Part shown: positions 50,238 through 58,800 of the stretch, piece after piece
Layout of the letters: each line of letters begins with the position of its first letter
Numbering within the stretch: the stretch's first letter is position 1
DNA from: Candidatus Poribacteria bacterium
Lineage (GTDB): Bacteria > Poribacteria > WGA-4E > PCPOR2b
Length of the DNA stretch: 64,000 nt
NCBI GenBank assembly: GCA_965218095.1
Contig: OZ244587.1
Location: forward strand, 6,144,001-6,208,000
Direction of reading: 5' to 3'
Translations under genes and position numbers: made by a program
Notes under the pieces: model-generated
Databases searched by the model: none
The model's input: the letters and a program-made list of their open reading frames with translations, nothing else
Told to the model about the DNA's origin: nothing

Positions 50238-51806
50238 GTGCAAAACATAACGCATAAAATCTTATGGATTGACGACGAAATCGACGCACTGAAGCCCCAC
50301 ATCTTTCTCCTTCGTGAAAATTCTTACGAAGTTACGCCTGTTTCCAATGGGGACGACGCAATTTCGCTACTCAAGGACTCCTATTACGACGCAATCCTGC
50401 TAGATCAGGTTATGCCGGGCCAGGATGGTATGACCACGCTCGATTACATCCGTGAAATTGACCCTATCGTACCCGTTATCATGGTCACGCAAAGCAGTGA
50501 CGATCAACTAATCACTGAAGCATTGGCGAAACGGATTAGCGACTTTCTGGTTAAGCCGATTGGCGTTGCTCAGATTGCTTCAACATTGAGGCGTGTGCTA
50601 GATCAAACCAAAATTATTGAAGGACAGGTGCCACGTAACTATACCCGCGATTTTAATCAGATCCGAACTGACAAAGAGACAGGGCCAGACTGGCGGAAGT
50701 GGATAGAAATTTACGTCAAATTACTCGAATGGGATTTCGAGTTTGATCAATTGGCACAGACTGGACTCGAAGAGACGCATTTAGAGCAGAAAAAAGAGTG
50801 TAATGCCTTATTTTCCGATTATGTTCACGAAAACTACACACGCTGGTTACAAGGCGAGGATTCTCCAATCCTGTCTGTTGATGTGGTAGATCGATTTCTC
50901 ATTCCCCATCTACGTGAAAAACGACAGGTGTATTTTATTGTCGTCGATTGTCTGCGTCTCGATCATTGGATAGCAATTGAACCACTGCTTCAACCCTATT
51001 TTTATATCGATCGGGATTACTATTTTTCGATTTTGCCGAGTGCGACGCTTTACTCGCGTAATGCGCTTTTTAGCGGGCTCTTTCCACAGGAGATTGCAGA
51101 AAGATTTCCACAATATTGGCAGGAGGACTCTGAGGATGAGACCAGCACCAACCGGTATGAAAGACACCTCCTTCGGTTGAAACTCCAACGTGCGGGGATC
51201 AAACTCAAGCCGGGATTGAGGTATTTTAAGATTTTCGATGTCAAAGGCGGAAACGAGTTTATACGCCAGGTTTCTTCCTTTGATCGAATCAGTTTATCGG
51301 CTTTGGTCGTTAATTTCATTGATATATTGACGCATCAACGTTCGCAGTCAGATATTCTTCAACAGATTGCGCCGGACGAATCCGCCTTTCAGTCTCTGAC
51401 CAAATCGTGGTTTGCCCACTCTGCGCTTTTCGAAATCTTGAAAATCATCGCCAATCAAAACGCAACCGTCGTCCTAACATCAGATCACGGTTCCATCCTT
51501 TGTAACCGACCGTCGAGAGCTTTTGGGAACCGCGAAACTTCCACAAGCCTTCGTTTCAAGGTTGGCATGAATTTAGGATGCGATATGAATCAAGCTGTTT
51601 ATATTGATAAGCCGAAGCAGTATAGATTATCTGCAGAAAGCCCAAGCAAAAACTACATTATAGCAAAGGAAAATTATTACTTTGTTTATCCGAATCAATT
51701 TAATGAATATACACGACAATTTCGAGGTGGCTTCCAACATGGGGGCATCTCGACGGGGGAATTAATTATACCAGTTGTCACAATGACTCCGCGCGAACAA
51801 AGCTAA
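50238..51806 (+). CDS. porX: PorX-like response regulator (REC + PglZ/alkaline-phosphatase-like domain)
   Basis: ILWIDDEIDALKPH, LDQVMPG, VDCLRLDHW, SILPSAT, TSDHGS, FQHGGIS. Confidence 0.88.
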   Translation: MQNITHKILWIDDEIDALKPHIFLLRENSYEVTPVSNGDDAISLLKDSYYDAILLDQVMPGQDGMTTLDYIREIDPIVPVIMVTQSSDDQLITEALAKRISDFLVKPIGVAQIASTLRRVLDQTKIIEGQVPRNYTRDFNQIRTDKETGPDWRKWIEIYVKLLEWDFEFDQLAQTGLEETHLEQKKECNALFSDYVHENYTRWLQGEDSPILSVDVVDRFLIPHLREKRQVYFIVVDCLRLDHWIAIEPLLQPYFYIDRDYYFSILPSATLYSRNALFSGLFPQEIAERFPQYWQEDSEDETSTNRYERHLLRLKLQRAGIKLKPGLRYFKIFDVKGGNEFIRQVSSFDRISLSALVVNFIDILTHQRSQSDILQQIAPDESAFQSLTKSWFAHSALFEILKIIANQNATVVLTSDHGSILCNRPSRAFGNRETSTSLRFKVGMNLGCDMNQAVYIDKPKQYRLSAESPSKNYIIAKENYYFVYPNQFNEYTRQFRGGFQHGGISTGELIIPVVTMTPREQS

Positions 51807-52148
51807 GGTCTCAAGTGAGTTTAGTCCAGTTATGAAGTGAATTTATCGAGACAGTTGTACAATCTTTCAATACAGCAGAAGCGTTTTTGACACTGAGGAT
51901 ACGCAGGAAAGAAGCAAAGAGGAGAGGATGGTTCATTTTCTGCAAGGTTTAGGTTTACACTTTCAAAGCCTCAAAAAAGACAGAGCAGATGGACAGGGGA
52001 GCAGGTGCTTGCATCCCTCAATTGAAAGGTTGTTCTTTGATACCCTCTGAACCCGATTGTTTTGTTCGTTGCCTCCACAGATGAATCAATTGTGAGTCTT
52101 GTGATGTCGAATTTTAATTACCCTGGAACTATAAGACCGGAGGCGACA

Positions 52149-53705
52149 ATGCAAAAAGAGATTATCATCTCTGATGATGAATATGAAACGAGATGTGCTA
52201 TACTTGAAGATGGTGTTCTGACCGAAATTGATATTGAACGTAAAAATGACGAACATATTCTAAATAACACTTATAAAGGGCGTGTTGAAAATGTTCTACC
52301 CGGGATGCAGATTGCCTTCGTCGATATTGGATTGGAACAACACGCCTTCCTGCATATTTCGGACATTATCCGCGATTTTGAAGAGGATAATGAGGGTAAC
52401 CTTGAGAAAGATTCAGCGAAACTCGATTTGAAACCGAATTCAACAGACCCGCCAAAGCCCGGAAGGGGGTATCCATATTCCATAAGCGATCTCATCCACC
52501 CAAACCAGGAGATCCTTGTGCAGGTTGGTAAAGAGCCGATTGGTACGAAGGGGCCACGCGCCACCACCTGTATCACGCTTCCCGGACGTTATGTCGTCTA
52601 TCTGCCAACCGCATCGAACATCGGCGTCTCTCGCCGGATCGAGTCGGCGGAAGAAAGGCAGCGTCTCAGGAAGATTGCTGAAGCAATACGCGCTGATATT
52701 GAAGGCGGGTTTATTATTCGGACTTCCGCCGAAGGAAAGAGCGAGGCAGAATTTGTAACCGAGATTCAGTACCTCGTTAACCAATGGAAAGGGATTGTCG
52801 AACAAGCTGAGAAAGTGCCTGCCCCCAGCCTTGTACACAAGGAGCACGGCTTCATCGTTCGGGTCATTCGAGATTCATTCACAAATGATGTCACACAGTT
52901 TATCATCGATTCCAAAGAACAGTATCAGGAAGCGATTGAGTATCTCTCATCTGCCTTCCCGGAATTGCCGTCACAGGTCAAACTCTATGACAAATCAACC
53001 CCCATCTTTGAAGTCCACGGGATTGAGAAAGAACTCAAGAAGGCGTTGAGTGAAAAAATCTGGCTCAAGTGTGGCGGATATATTGTTATTCAACAAACGG
53101 AGGCGATGGTCTCGATTGATGTCAACACGGGAAAATTTGTTGGCAAGGGAGACCCGGATAATACAATTTTGAGCGCAAACCTGGAGGCGGTTGAGGAAGT
53201 GGTCCGGCAGATTCGCTTGAGGGACCTCGGGGGAATTCTCGTTATCGATTTCATCGATATGGATCACTCTGATCACCGGCGGATGGTCTTTAAGCTGTTG
53301 CAGCAGGCATTGAGCAAAGATCGAGCGCGAACGAATCTTTTGCACATCTCCGAGCTCGGGCTTGTGGAGATGACAAGGCAGCGAACTCGTCCAAGCCTTG
53401 CAACGGTGCTCACTGAATCCTGCCCCTATTGCAATGGATACGGCTCAGTCCTCTCTATGGACACAATTACGATCGGTTTGCTGCGATCTATCAAGAAAGC
53501 CTATCGAAAATCACGGAAAAGAAGGCTGAAGGTGATTGTAAATGACCACATCATGTCTCATCTGCTTGATGATAAAACAGATCGTTTGGGACAACTTGAA
53601 AAATCGATGAATCTGAAGATTCAGCTGCAAGGGGATGCAGATGTGCACCTTGAAGACTATCGGATCTTTGCAGAAGGTTCTAGTCGTGAGATTTACTTGA
53701 AATAA
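52149..53705 (+). CDS. rng: Ribonuclease E/G family
   Basis: S1 domain AFVDIG, KEPIGTKGP, IDVNTG, VIDFIDM, CPYC. Confidence 0.93.
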   Translation: MQKEIIISDDEYETRCAILEDGVLTEIDIERKNDEHILNNTYKGRVENVLPGMQIAFVDIGLEQHAFLHISDIIRDFEEDNEGNLEKDSAKLDLKPNSTDPPKPGRGYPYSISDLIHPNQEILVQVGKEPIGTKGPRATTCITLPGRYVVYLPTASNIGVSRRIESAEERQRLRKIAEAIRADIEGGFIIRTSAEGKSEAEFVTEIQYLVNQWKGIVEQAEKVPAPSLVHKEHGFIVRVIRDSFTNDVTQFIIDSKEQYQEAIEYLSSAFPELPSQVKLYDKSTPIFEVHGIEKELKKALSEKIWLKCGGYIVIQQTEAMVSIDVNTGKFVGKGDPDNTILSANLEAVEEVVRQIRLRDLGGILVIDFIDMDHSDHRRMVFKLLQQALSKDRARTNLLHISELGLVEMTRQRTRPSLATVLTESCPYCNGYGSVLSMDTITIGLLRSIKKAYRKSRKRRLKVIVNDHIMSHLLDDKTDRLGQLEKSMNLKIQLQGDADVHLEDYRIFAEGSSREIYLK

Positions 53706-53707
53706 CA

Positions 53708-53736
53708 TTGACAGTTGAGATGATTTTTGTTATACT
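53708..53736 (+). promoter_or_regulatory. Sigma-70 promoter of rplU-rpmA
   Basis: TTGACA-17-TATACT. Confidence 0.85.
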
Positions 53737-53738
53737 TT

Positions 53739-53781
53739 TCGCTTGCCTCTCCGCTTCTTCTGAACAGCGGAACGCGAGCGA
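53739..53781 (+). promoter_or_regulatory. 5' leader hairpin of rplU (candidate L21 leader-like structure)
   Basis: TCGCTTGC/GCGAGCGA and TCCGCT/AGCGGA stems at the transcript start. Confidence 0.5.
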
Positions 53782-53809
53782 TAAACAGTCTTTTTAAGGA
53801 GATAGAAAG

Positions 53810-54178
53810 ATGTATGCTGTATTTGCCTCGGGTGGAAAACAGCATCGTGTTCAGGTGGATACGCTGATTGACGTTGAAAAGCTGGATGCGCCGGTTGGTG
53901 AAAAAGTGACCCTATCAGAAATCTTGGCGATAGGCGACGGCGACGGCAATGTTCAAGTTGGCGCGCCGTACCTCGAAAATGTCGCCGTTATTGGTGAAGT
54001 TGTCCAACAAGGTAAAGGGAAAAAGATCATCGTTTTCAAGTCGAAACGGCGCAAAGGCTACAAGCGAAAACTTGGACACCGCCAGCGATTTACCCGATTA
54101 CGCATTACTGAAATACAAGATGGGAATGACGTATCTGAGGAAAACACATCTGAGGAGGTAGAAGAAAATGGCGCATAA
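53810..54178 (+). CDS. rplU: 50S ribosomal protein L21
   Basis: [28 protein letters not shown]. Confidence 0.98.
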   Translation: MYAVFASGGKQHRVQVDTLIDVEKLDAPVGEKVTLSEILAIGDGDGNVQVGAPYLENVAVIGEVVQQGKGKKIIVFKSKRRKGYKRKLGHRQRFTRLRITEIQDGNDVSEENTSEEVEENGA

Positions 54179-54434
54179 AAAGGGCGGTGGCAGCACGAGC
54201 AATGGACGGGATAGCATTGGCAAGCGGCTTGGCGTCAAGCGATTTTCTGGGAGTGCTGTGACCGCTGGAAGCATCCTTGTCCGGCAGCGTGGTACACACA
54301 TCCACGCCGGCAAAAACGTTGGGGTTGGCAGGGACTACACGCTTTTTTCCAAAATTGATGGCTATGCCTGGTTTGAGCGGAAGGATAAATTCCGCAGGAA
54401 AGTTAGCGTTTACCCGGAACGTCCCGATTTCTAG
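54168..54434 (+). CDS. rpmA: 50S ribosomal protein L27
   Basis: [24 protein letters not shown]. Confidence 0.99.
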   Translation: MAHKKGGGSTSNGRDSIGKRLGVKRFSGSAVTAGSILVRQRGTHIHAGKNVGVGRDYTLFSKIDGYAWFERKDKFRRKVSVYPERPDF

Positions 54435-54463
54435 CCTCCGATTCCATTCGATTCTGATAGATC

Positions 54464-54493
54464 AAAGCCTCGTCATTAGGCGAGGCTTTTTTT
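54464..54493 (+). terminator. Rho-independent terminator after rpmA
   Basis: AAAGCCTCG-loop-CGAGGCTTT followed by T tract. Confidence 0.85.
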
Positions 54494-54520
54494 ATATTTT
54501 TAGATGACTCGGAGAATGTT

Positions 54521-55561
54521 ATGGAACATAAGAGAAAATCGTTACTGTCCTTCATGGCGTTAGGGCTTCTTATACTCTGCGGAATACCGGTGACAAGTGC
54601 ACAAACACCCCAGCAGATTGCCAAAAAAGCCTTTAACTCTACGGTGCTCTTGGTCATGGAAGATGCCAACGGTCAACCAATTGGATTAGGAAGCGGATTC
54701 TTCGTCCGCAACGGTCAGGTTGCGACTAATCTTCACGTTGTCGAAGGTGCCGCAAGGGGATACGCAAAACTGGTCGGTCAGAAAACAAAGTACGACATCG
54801 AAGGTCTCACCGCGATTGACGCGAAACGGGATCTCGTAATCCTAAAGGTCTCGGCTTTGGGCGTACCAGCACTTTCCCTTGGGGACAGCGATGCCCTTCA
54901 GGCTGGCGAGCCTGTTTACGCCGTGGGCAACCCACAAGGATTGGAGGGCACGTTTTCGCAGGGCATCATCAGTAGCATCCGAGAGGTTGGAACAGACAAG
55001 CTGCTCCAGCTCACTGCCCCGATTTCCCCGGGGAGTAGTGGCGGGCCCGTGCTAAACGGTAAGGGCGAAGTGATAGGGGTTTCAGTGGCGACCTTCCGCA
55101 GAGGGCAGAATCTCAATTTCGCTATTCCTTCAAATTATCTCACGGAGTTGGTTGCACAGGTGGGCCCCGCGAAACCATTCTCACGAGCGAAACCAGCCAG
55201 ATCGAGACGCTCCATCCTCGCTGACCTCGGTGGTCGAAGTGTGGAAGGGGTAACCGGTGGCAAGCTTATCTGGAAATACCCTTTCGGGGCAGGTGGTGAG
55301 TACACGTTTTCCCTGCGGAATCGACTACGCGAAAACGTGCGGAACGTCTATTGTTTCGTGATTTTCTACGACATGCAAGGCGACCCGATCGATATGGATG
55401 TTGCACAGTTTCGGGGACTGATACCTGCAGGGTTGGCAAAGCGGGTGACGAGTGAAGTTGACAATAGCATACAGGAACTGACAACGAACACACGCAACGG
55501 TTCAAATGAACCACATACGAAGGTGGAGTTTAGAATTCTTGACTTTGAGATAGTGGAATGA
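54521..55561 (+). CDS. Secreted trypsin-like serine protease with beta-rich C-terminal domain
   Basis: Signal peptide; TNLHVV, DLVIL, GSSGG triad. Confidence 0.9.
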   Translation: MEHKRKSLLSFMALGLLILCGIPVTSAQTPQQIAKKAFNSTVLLVMEDANGQPIGLGSGFFVRNGQVATNLHVVEGAARGYAKLVGQKTKYDIEGLTAIDAKRDLVILKVSALGVPALSLGDSDALQAGEPVYAVGNPQGLEGTFSQGIISSIREVGTDKLLQLTAPISPGSSGGPVLNGKGEVIGVSVATFRRGQNLNFAIPSNYLTELVAQVGPAKPFSRAKPARSRRSILADLGGRSVEGVTGGKLIWKYPFGAGGEYTFSLRNRLRENVRNVYCFVIFYDMQGDPIDMDVAQFRGLIPAGLAKRVTSEVDNSIQELTTNTRNGSNEPHTKVEFRILDFEIVE

Positions 55562-55922
55562 TGCTGTTGGAAAGTGAAACAATGATGAATCAGTTGTTGA
55601 CTCTGGACTGTCATCAAATGGGTGGAGTACCGGAAGTACCGAGTACCACTGTGACTTACAAAACCACCCCCAGTGAGGTATTCCGATGAGTTTCAAATAA
55701 CTTTGCTTCCCCTTTAAAGGTCGAATCTCCCGTTCAACGTTTTGGCTTTATGCCTTTTTCGCAGCGTGTCTCCATTTGCTCGTGGGGGGCTTAGTAACTG
55801 CCAACGAAGCCTTAATGCCTGTTGGCGTATTAGCAAAGGCACAAACGGTCCAAACCGTTTCGGCCCCGATCCCAAGGCACTTGACGCCAAGGGTGGCCCC
55901 GCGAAAGAGTAAGGACAACATT

Positions 55923-57704
55923 ATGAACATTAAGAAAAAATCGTTACTGTTGGGGCAAGTCTTGCGCACCCTCTTCATGGCGTTAGGGATTCTCCTGCTC
56001 TGCGGAATACCGGTGGTAAATGCACAGACTCCCCAGCAGATTGCCAAAAAAGCGTTAGACGCTACAGTGCTCTTGGTTATAGAAGATGCCAACGGCAAGC
56101 CACTTGGATTGGGGAGCGGATTCTTCGTGCAATCTAACCAGATCGCGACCAACTTTCACGTGATTGAAGGTGCAGCACGAGGCGCCGCAAAGCGCGTGGG
56201 TCAGAAAACGGAGTACACCATCGAAGGCTTCACCGCGATGGATGAAAGCCACGATCTGGCGATTTTGCAGGTGTCGGCTTCTGGTGTCCAGCCGCTTCCC
56301 CTCGGCGACAGCGACACGGTTGAGATTGGCGAGACGGTTTATGTCGCGGGCAATCCGAAAGGATACTTGGAGGGCACATTCTCGGATGGCATTATCAGTG
56401 GGGTTCGAGGGGGTTCGACCGAAAAACGGCTCCAGATGACGGCGCCGATTTCTCCGGGGAGCAGTGGCGGCCCCGTGCTAAACGGGGAGGGTGAAGTGAT
56501 AGGCGTTTCTGTGATGACGATTGAAGGCGGGCAGAATCTCAATTTCGCCATCCCTTCAAACGATCTCAAGGGGCTGCTCGCTCGATTGGGGCCCGCGAAA
56601 CCGTTGTCGAAAGGGAAACAATCGATATCTGTTGATACCTACTTCATTCGAGGCTATGTAAACAGCGAGCTAGGTGACTATAAGGGTGCCATCGCAGCCT
56701 ATACTCAGGCAATCCGACTCAAACCAGATTATGCCATAGCCTACGTCAATCGGGGAAATGCGAAGGCTCGCTTAGGACAACACACCGCCGCCATCGCCGA
56801 TTATGACACCGCTATCCGTCTCAAACCCGATGATGCCGATGCCTACTACAATCGGGGAAATGCGAAGGCTCGCTTAGGACAACACACCGCCGCCATCGCC
56901 GACTATGACACCGCTATCCGTCTCAAACCTGATGATGCCGATGCCTACTACAATCGGGGAAATGCGAAGGCTGACTTAGGACAACACTTCGCCGCCATCT
57001 CAGATTATGACACCGCTATCCGTCTCAAACCTGATGATGCCGATGCCTACTACAATCGGGGAAATGCGAAGGCTCGCTTAGGACAACACACCGCCGCCAT
57101 CGCCGATTATGACACCGCTATCCGTCTCAAACCCGATGATGCCGATGCCTACTACAATCGGGGAAATGCGAAGGCTCGCTTAGGACAACACACCGCCGCC
57201 ATCGCCGATTATGACACCGCTATCCGTCTCAAACCCGATGATGCCACTGCCTACTATAATCGGGGAAATGCGAAGGCTGACTTAGGACAAGACTTTGCCG
57301 CTATCGCTGATTATGACACCGCTATCCGTCTCAAACCCGATTATGTCAAAGCCTACGTCAATCGGGGCGTGACGAAGGCTGACTTAGGACAACACTTCGC
57401 CGCCATCGCCGATTATGACACCGCTATCCGTCTCAAACCCGATGATGCCAAAGCCTACAACAATCGGGGAAATGCGAAGGCTCGCTTAGGACAAGACTTT
57501 GCCGCCATCTCAGATTATGACATCGTTATCCGCCTTGAACCTGATGATGCCAATGCCTACTACAATCGGGGCGTGGCGAAGTACGGGCTGGGTCGCACCT
57601 GGGAGGCGAAGCGGGATTTCCAAACGGCATTGAAACTCGCGGAACAGGTAGGCGATGAGAGTCTCAAAGCCAAAATTGAGCGGGCAATTCGGGAACTCTA
57701 CTAG
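55923..57704 (+). CDS. Secreted trypsin-like serine protease with 10 TPR motifs
   Basis: Paralog of 54521 N-terminus; TNFHVI, DLAIL, GSSGG; 34-aa repeats. Confidence 0.93.
   Translation: MNIKKKSLLLGQVLRTLFMALGILLLCGIPVVNAQTPQQIAKKALDATVLLVIEDANGKPLGLGSGFFVQSNQIATNFHVIEGAARGAAKRVGQKTEYTIEGFTAMDESHDLAILQVSASGVQPLPLGDSDTVEIGETVYVAGNPKGYLEGTFSDGIISGVRGGSTEKRLQMTAPISPGSSGGPVLNGEGEVIGVSVMTIEGGQNLNFAIPSNDLKGLLARLGPAKPLSKGKQSISVDTYFIRGYVNSELGDYKGAIAAYTQAIRLKPDYAIAYVNRGNAKARLGQHTAAIADYDTAIRLKPDDADAYYNRGNAKARLGQHTAAIADYDTAIRLKPDDADAYYNRGNAKADLGQHFAAISDYDTAIRLKPDDADAYYNRGNAKARLGQHTAAIADYDTAIRLKPDDADAYYNRGNAKARLGQHTAAIADYDTAIRLKPDDATAYYNRGNAKADLGQDFAAIADYDTAIRLKPDYVKAYVNRGVTKADLGQHFAAIADYDTAIRLKPDDAKAYNNRGNAKARLGQDFAAISDYDIVIRLEPDDANAYYNRGVAKYGLGRTWEAKRDFQTALKLAEQVGDESLKAKIERAIRELY
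56733..57571 (+). repeat. Eight near-identical 102-bp tandem repeats (coding TPR array)
   Basis: Unit gcc...tacaatcggggaaatgcgaaggct...gctatccgtctcaaacccgatgat with 102-bp period. Confidence 0.97.
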
Positions 57705-57717
57705 CGGAGCGGTGATA

Positions 57718-57818
57718 CCACACAAAAGTGGAGGCTCAGAATTCTTGACTTCGAGATAGTAGAATGATGCTGCCTAATAAGCCATTGGAAAGTGAAACAA
57801 TGATGAAGCAGTTTTTGA
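57718..57818 (+). repeat. Diverged copy of the 3' end and downstream DNA of the first protease gene (55511-55600)
   Basis: agaattcttgacttygagatagtrgaatgatgctg...ttggaaagtgaaacaatgatgaa in both places. Confidence 0.9.
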
Positions 57819-57831
57819 TGAAGGGAGTGCG

Positions 57832-58701
57832 TTGATTGTGGTTCTCTATAAATACGTTTCCGCGGAACGAATTGATATTCTTCAAAATCGCCTAATTCGG
57901 TTCACACAGCCCAACGCGCTGAACGATCCCTTTGAAGCTAAGCCGCATTTCCACGCCTTCGCGACGAAAAAGGGGTTTGCAAGTGCCTTTGCAGATATGA
58001 TCAGACAGGCTCCTACCGTTGTATGGCTGGACTTCCGGAGAGTGACACAAACCAACTTGGATCAGCACGCATTCGCTGACAAACTTGAGGAAGATCCCGA
58101 TTATGCTAACCAGCTATATAAGAACGTTGGTTTGCCGAACCTCCTTCTTAAAGAACGGAAAAGAGTGGAACGATGGTTCAATAGTGTGGGCATCCTATCG
58201 CTTTCCGAGACACCCGATAATCTGCTCATGTGGTCGCATTATGCCAAAGAACACACCGGCTTTGTCCTTATGCTTGACGGTTCCCATAAGTTCTTCGAGG
58301 GAAACGAACCTTTCCCAGGGTTTGCAAAACCTGAACCTGTTCAATACAAACTAGAACGTCCGAGCACAACAATTGAAGAAGTAACCGTGCCAGAGATCTT
58401 TCTCACTAAGGGTTCTGACTGGCAATACGAGAAAGAGTGGCGTTATCTGAAGTTTCTCAATGATGCGGACAACAGGCACGAGAGGCCCAATACACCCCCT
58501 GTGGAACTCTTCCGATTGCCCCCCAAGTGCATAATGGGCGTAATCCTTGGGTGTCGCAGTTCTAAAGAATTGAAAGACACAATCCTTGCCTTACGACGTG
58601 ATGATCCGGAGCTTGGACACTTGCGAATCCTACAAGCAATCCTACAAGCAGGTGCGTCTAAAACGCACTACCGCCTAGGGATAAAGGAGATAGAGAACTA
58701 A
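57832..58701 (+). CDS. DUF2971-like protein
   Basis: LYKY, LNDPFE, LMWSHYA, KGSDWQYEKEWR, VILG; ILQA duplicated by a 12-bp repeat. Confidence 0.85.
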   Translation: MIVVLYKYVSAERIDILQNRLIRFTQPNALNDPFEAKPHFHAFATKKGFASAFADMIRQAPTVVWLDFRRVTQTNLDQHAFADKLEEDPDYANQLYKNVGLPNLLLKERKRVERWFNSVGILSLSETPDNLLMWSHYAKEHTGFVLMLDGSHKFFEGNEPFPGFAKPEPVQYKLERPSTTIEEVTVPEIFLTKGSDWQYEKEWRYLKFLNDADNRHERPNTPPVELFRLPPKCIMGVILGCRSSKELKDTILALRRDDPELGHLRILQAILQAGASKTHYRLGIKEIEN

Positions 58702-58755
58702 CCGCCCTTTGCAGTTGAAGGCGTTTCACGCAGCCGCTGAACCAAACCGTTAGGC
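58696..58755 (+). mobile_element. Integron attC recombination site (solo)
   Basis: aaCTAAC (overlapping the stop) ...TTTGCAG...GCG-tttca-CGC...CTGAA...GTTAGGC, 60 bp. Confidence 0.75.
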
Positions 58756-58800
58756 AGAAGGTAAGAAGCCCCGGACTTCAGTCGATTCGTATTTGAAGGA

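Noticed and set aside
50238-51806. PglZ domain as a BREX defence component
   Set aside because: Fused to a receiver domain in PorX architecture; no other brx genes.
55600-55922. Possible structured RNA or 49-aa N-terminal extension before the TPR protease
   Set aside because: No recognisable riboswitch or ncRNA motif; the paralog indicates the start at 55923.
56733-57571. Regular repeats as a CRISPR array
   Set aside because: Contiguous 102-bp coding units with no unique spacers; no cas genes.
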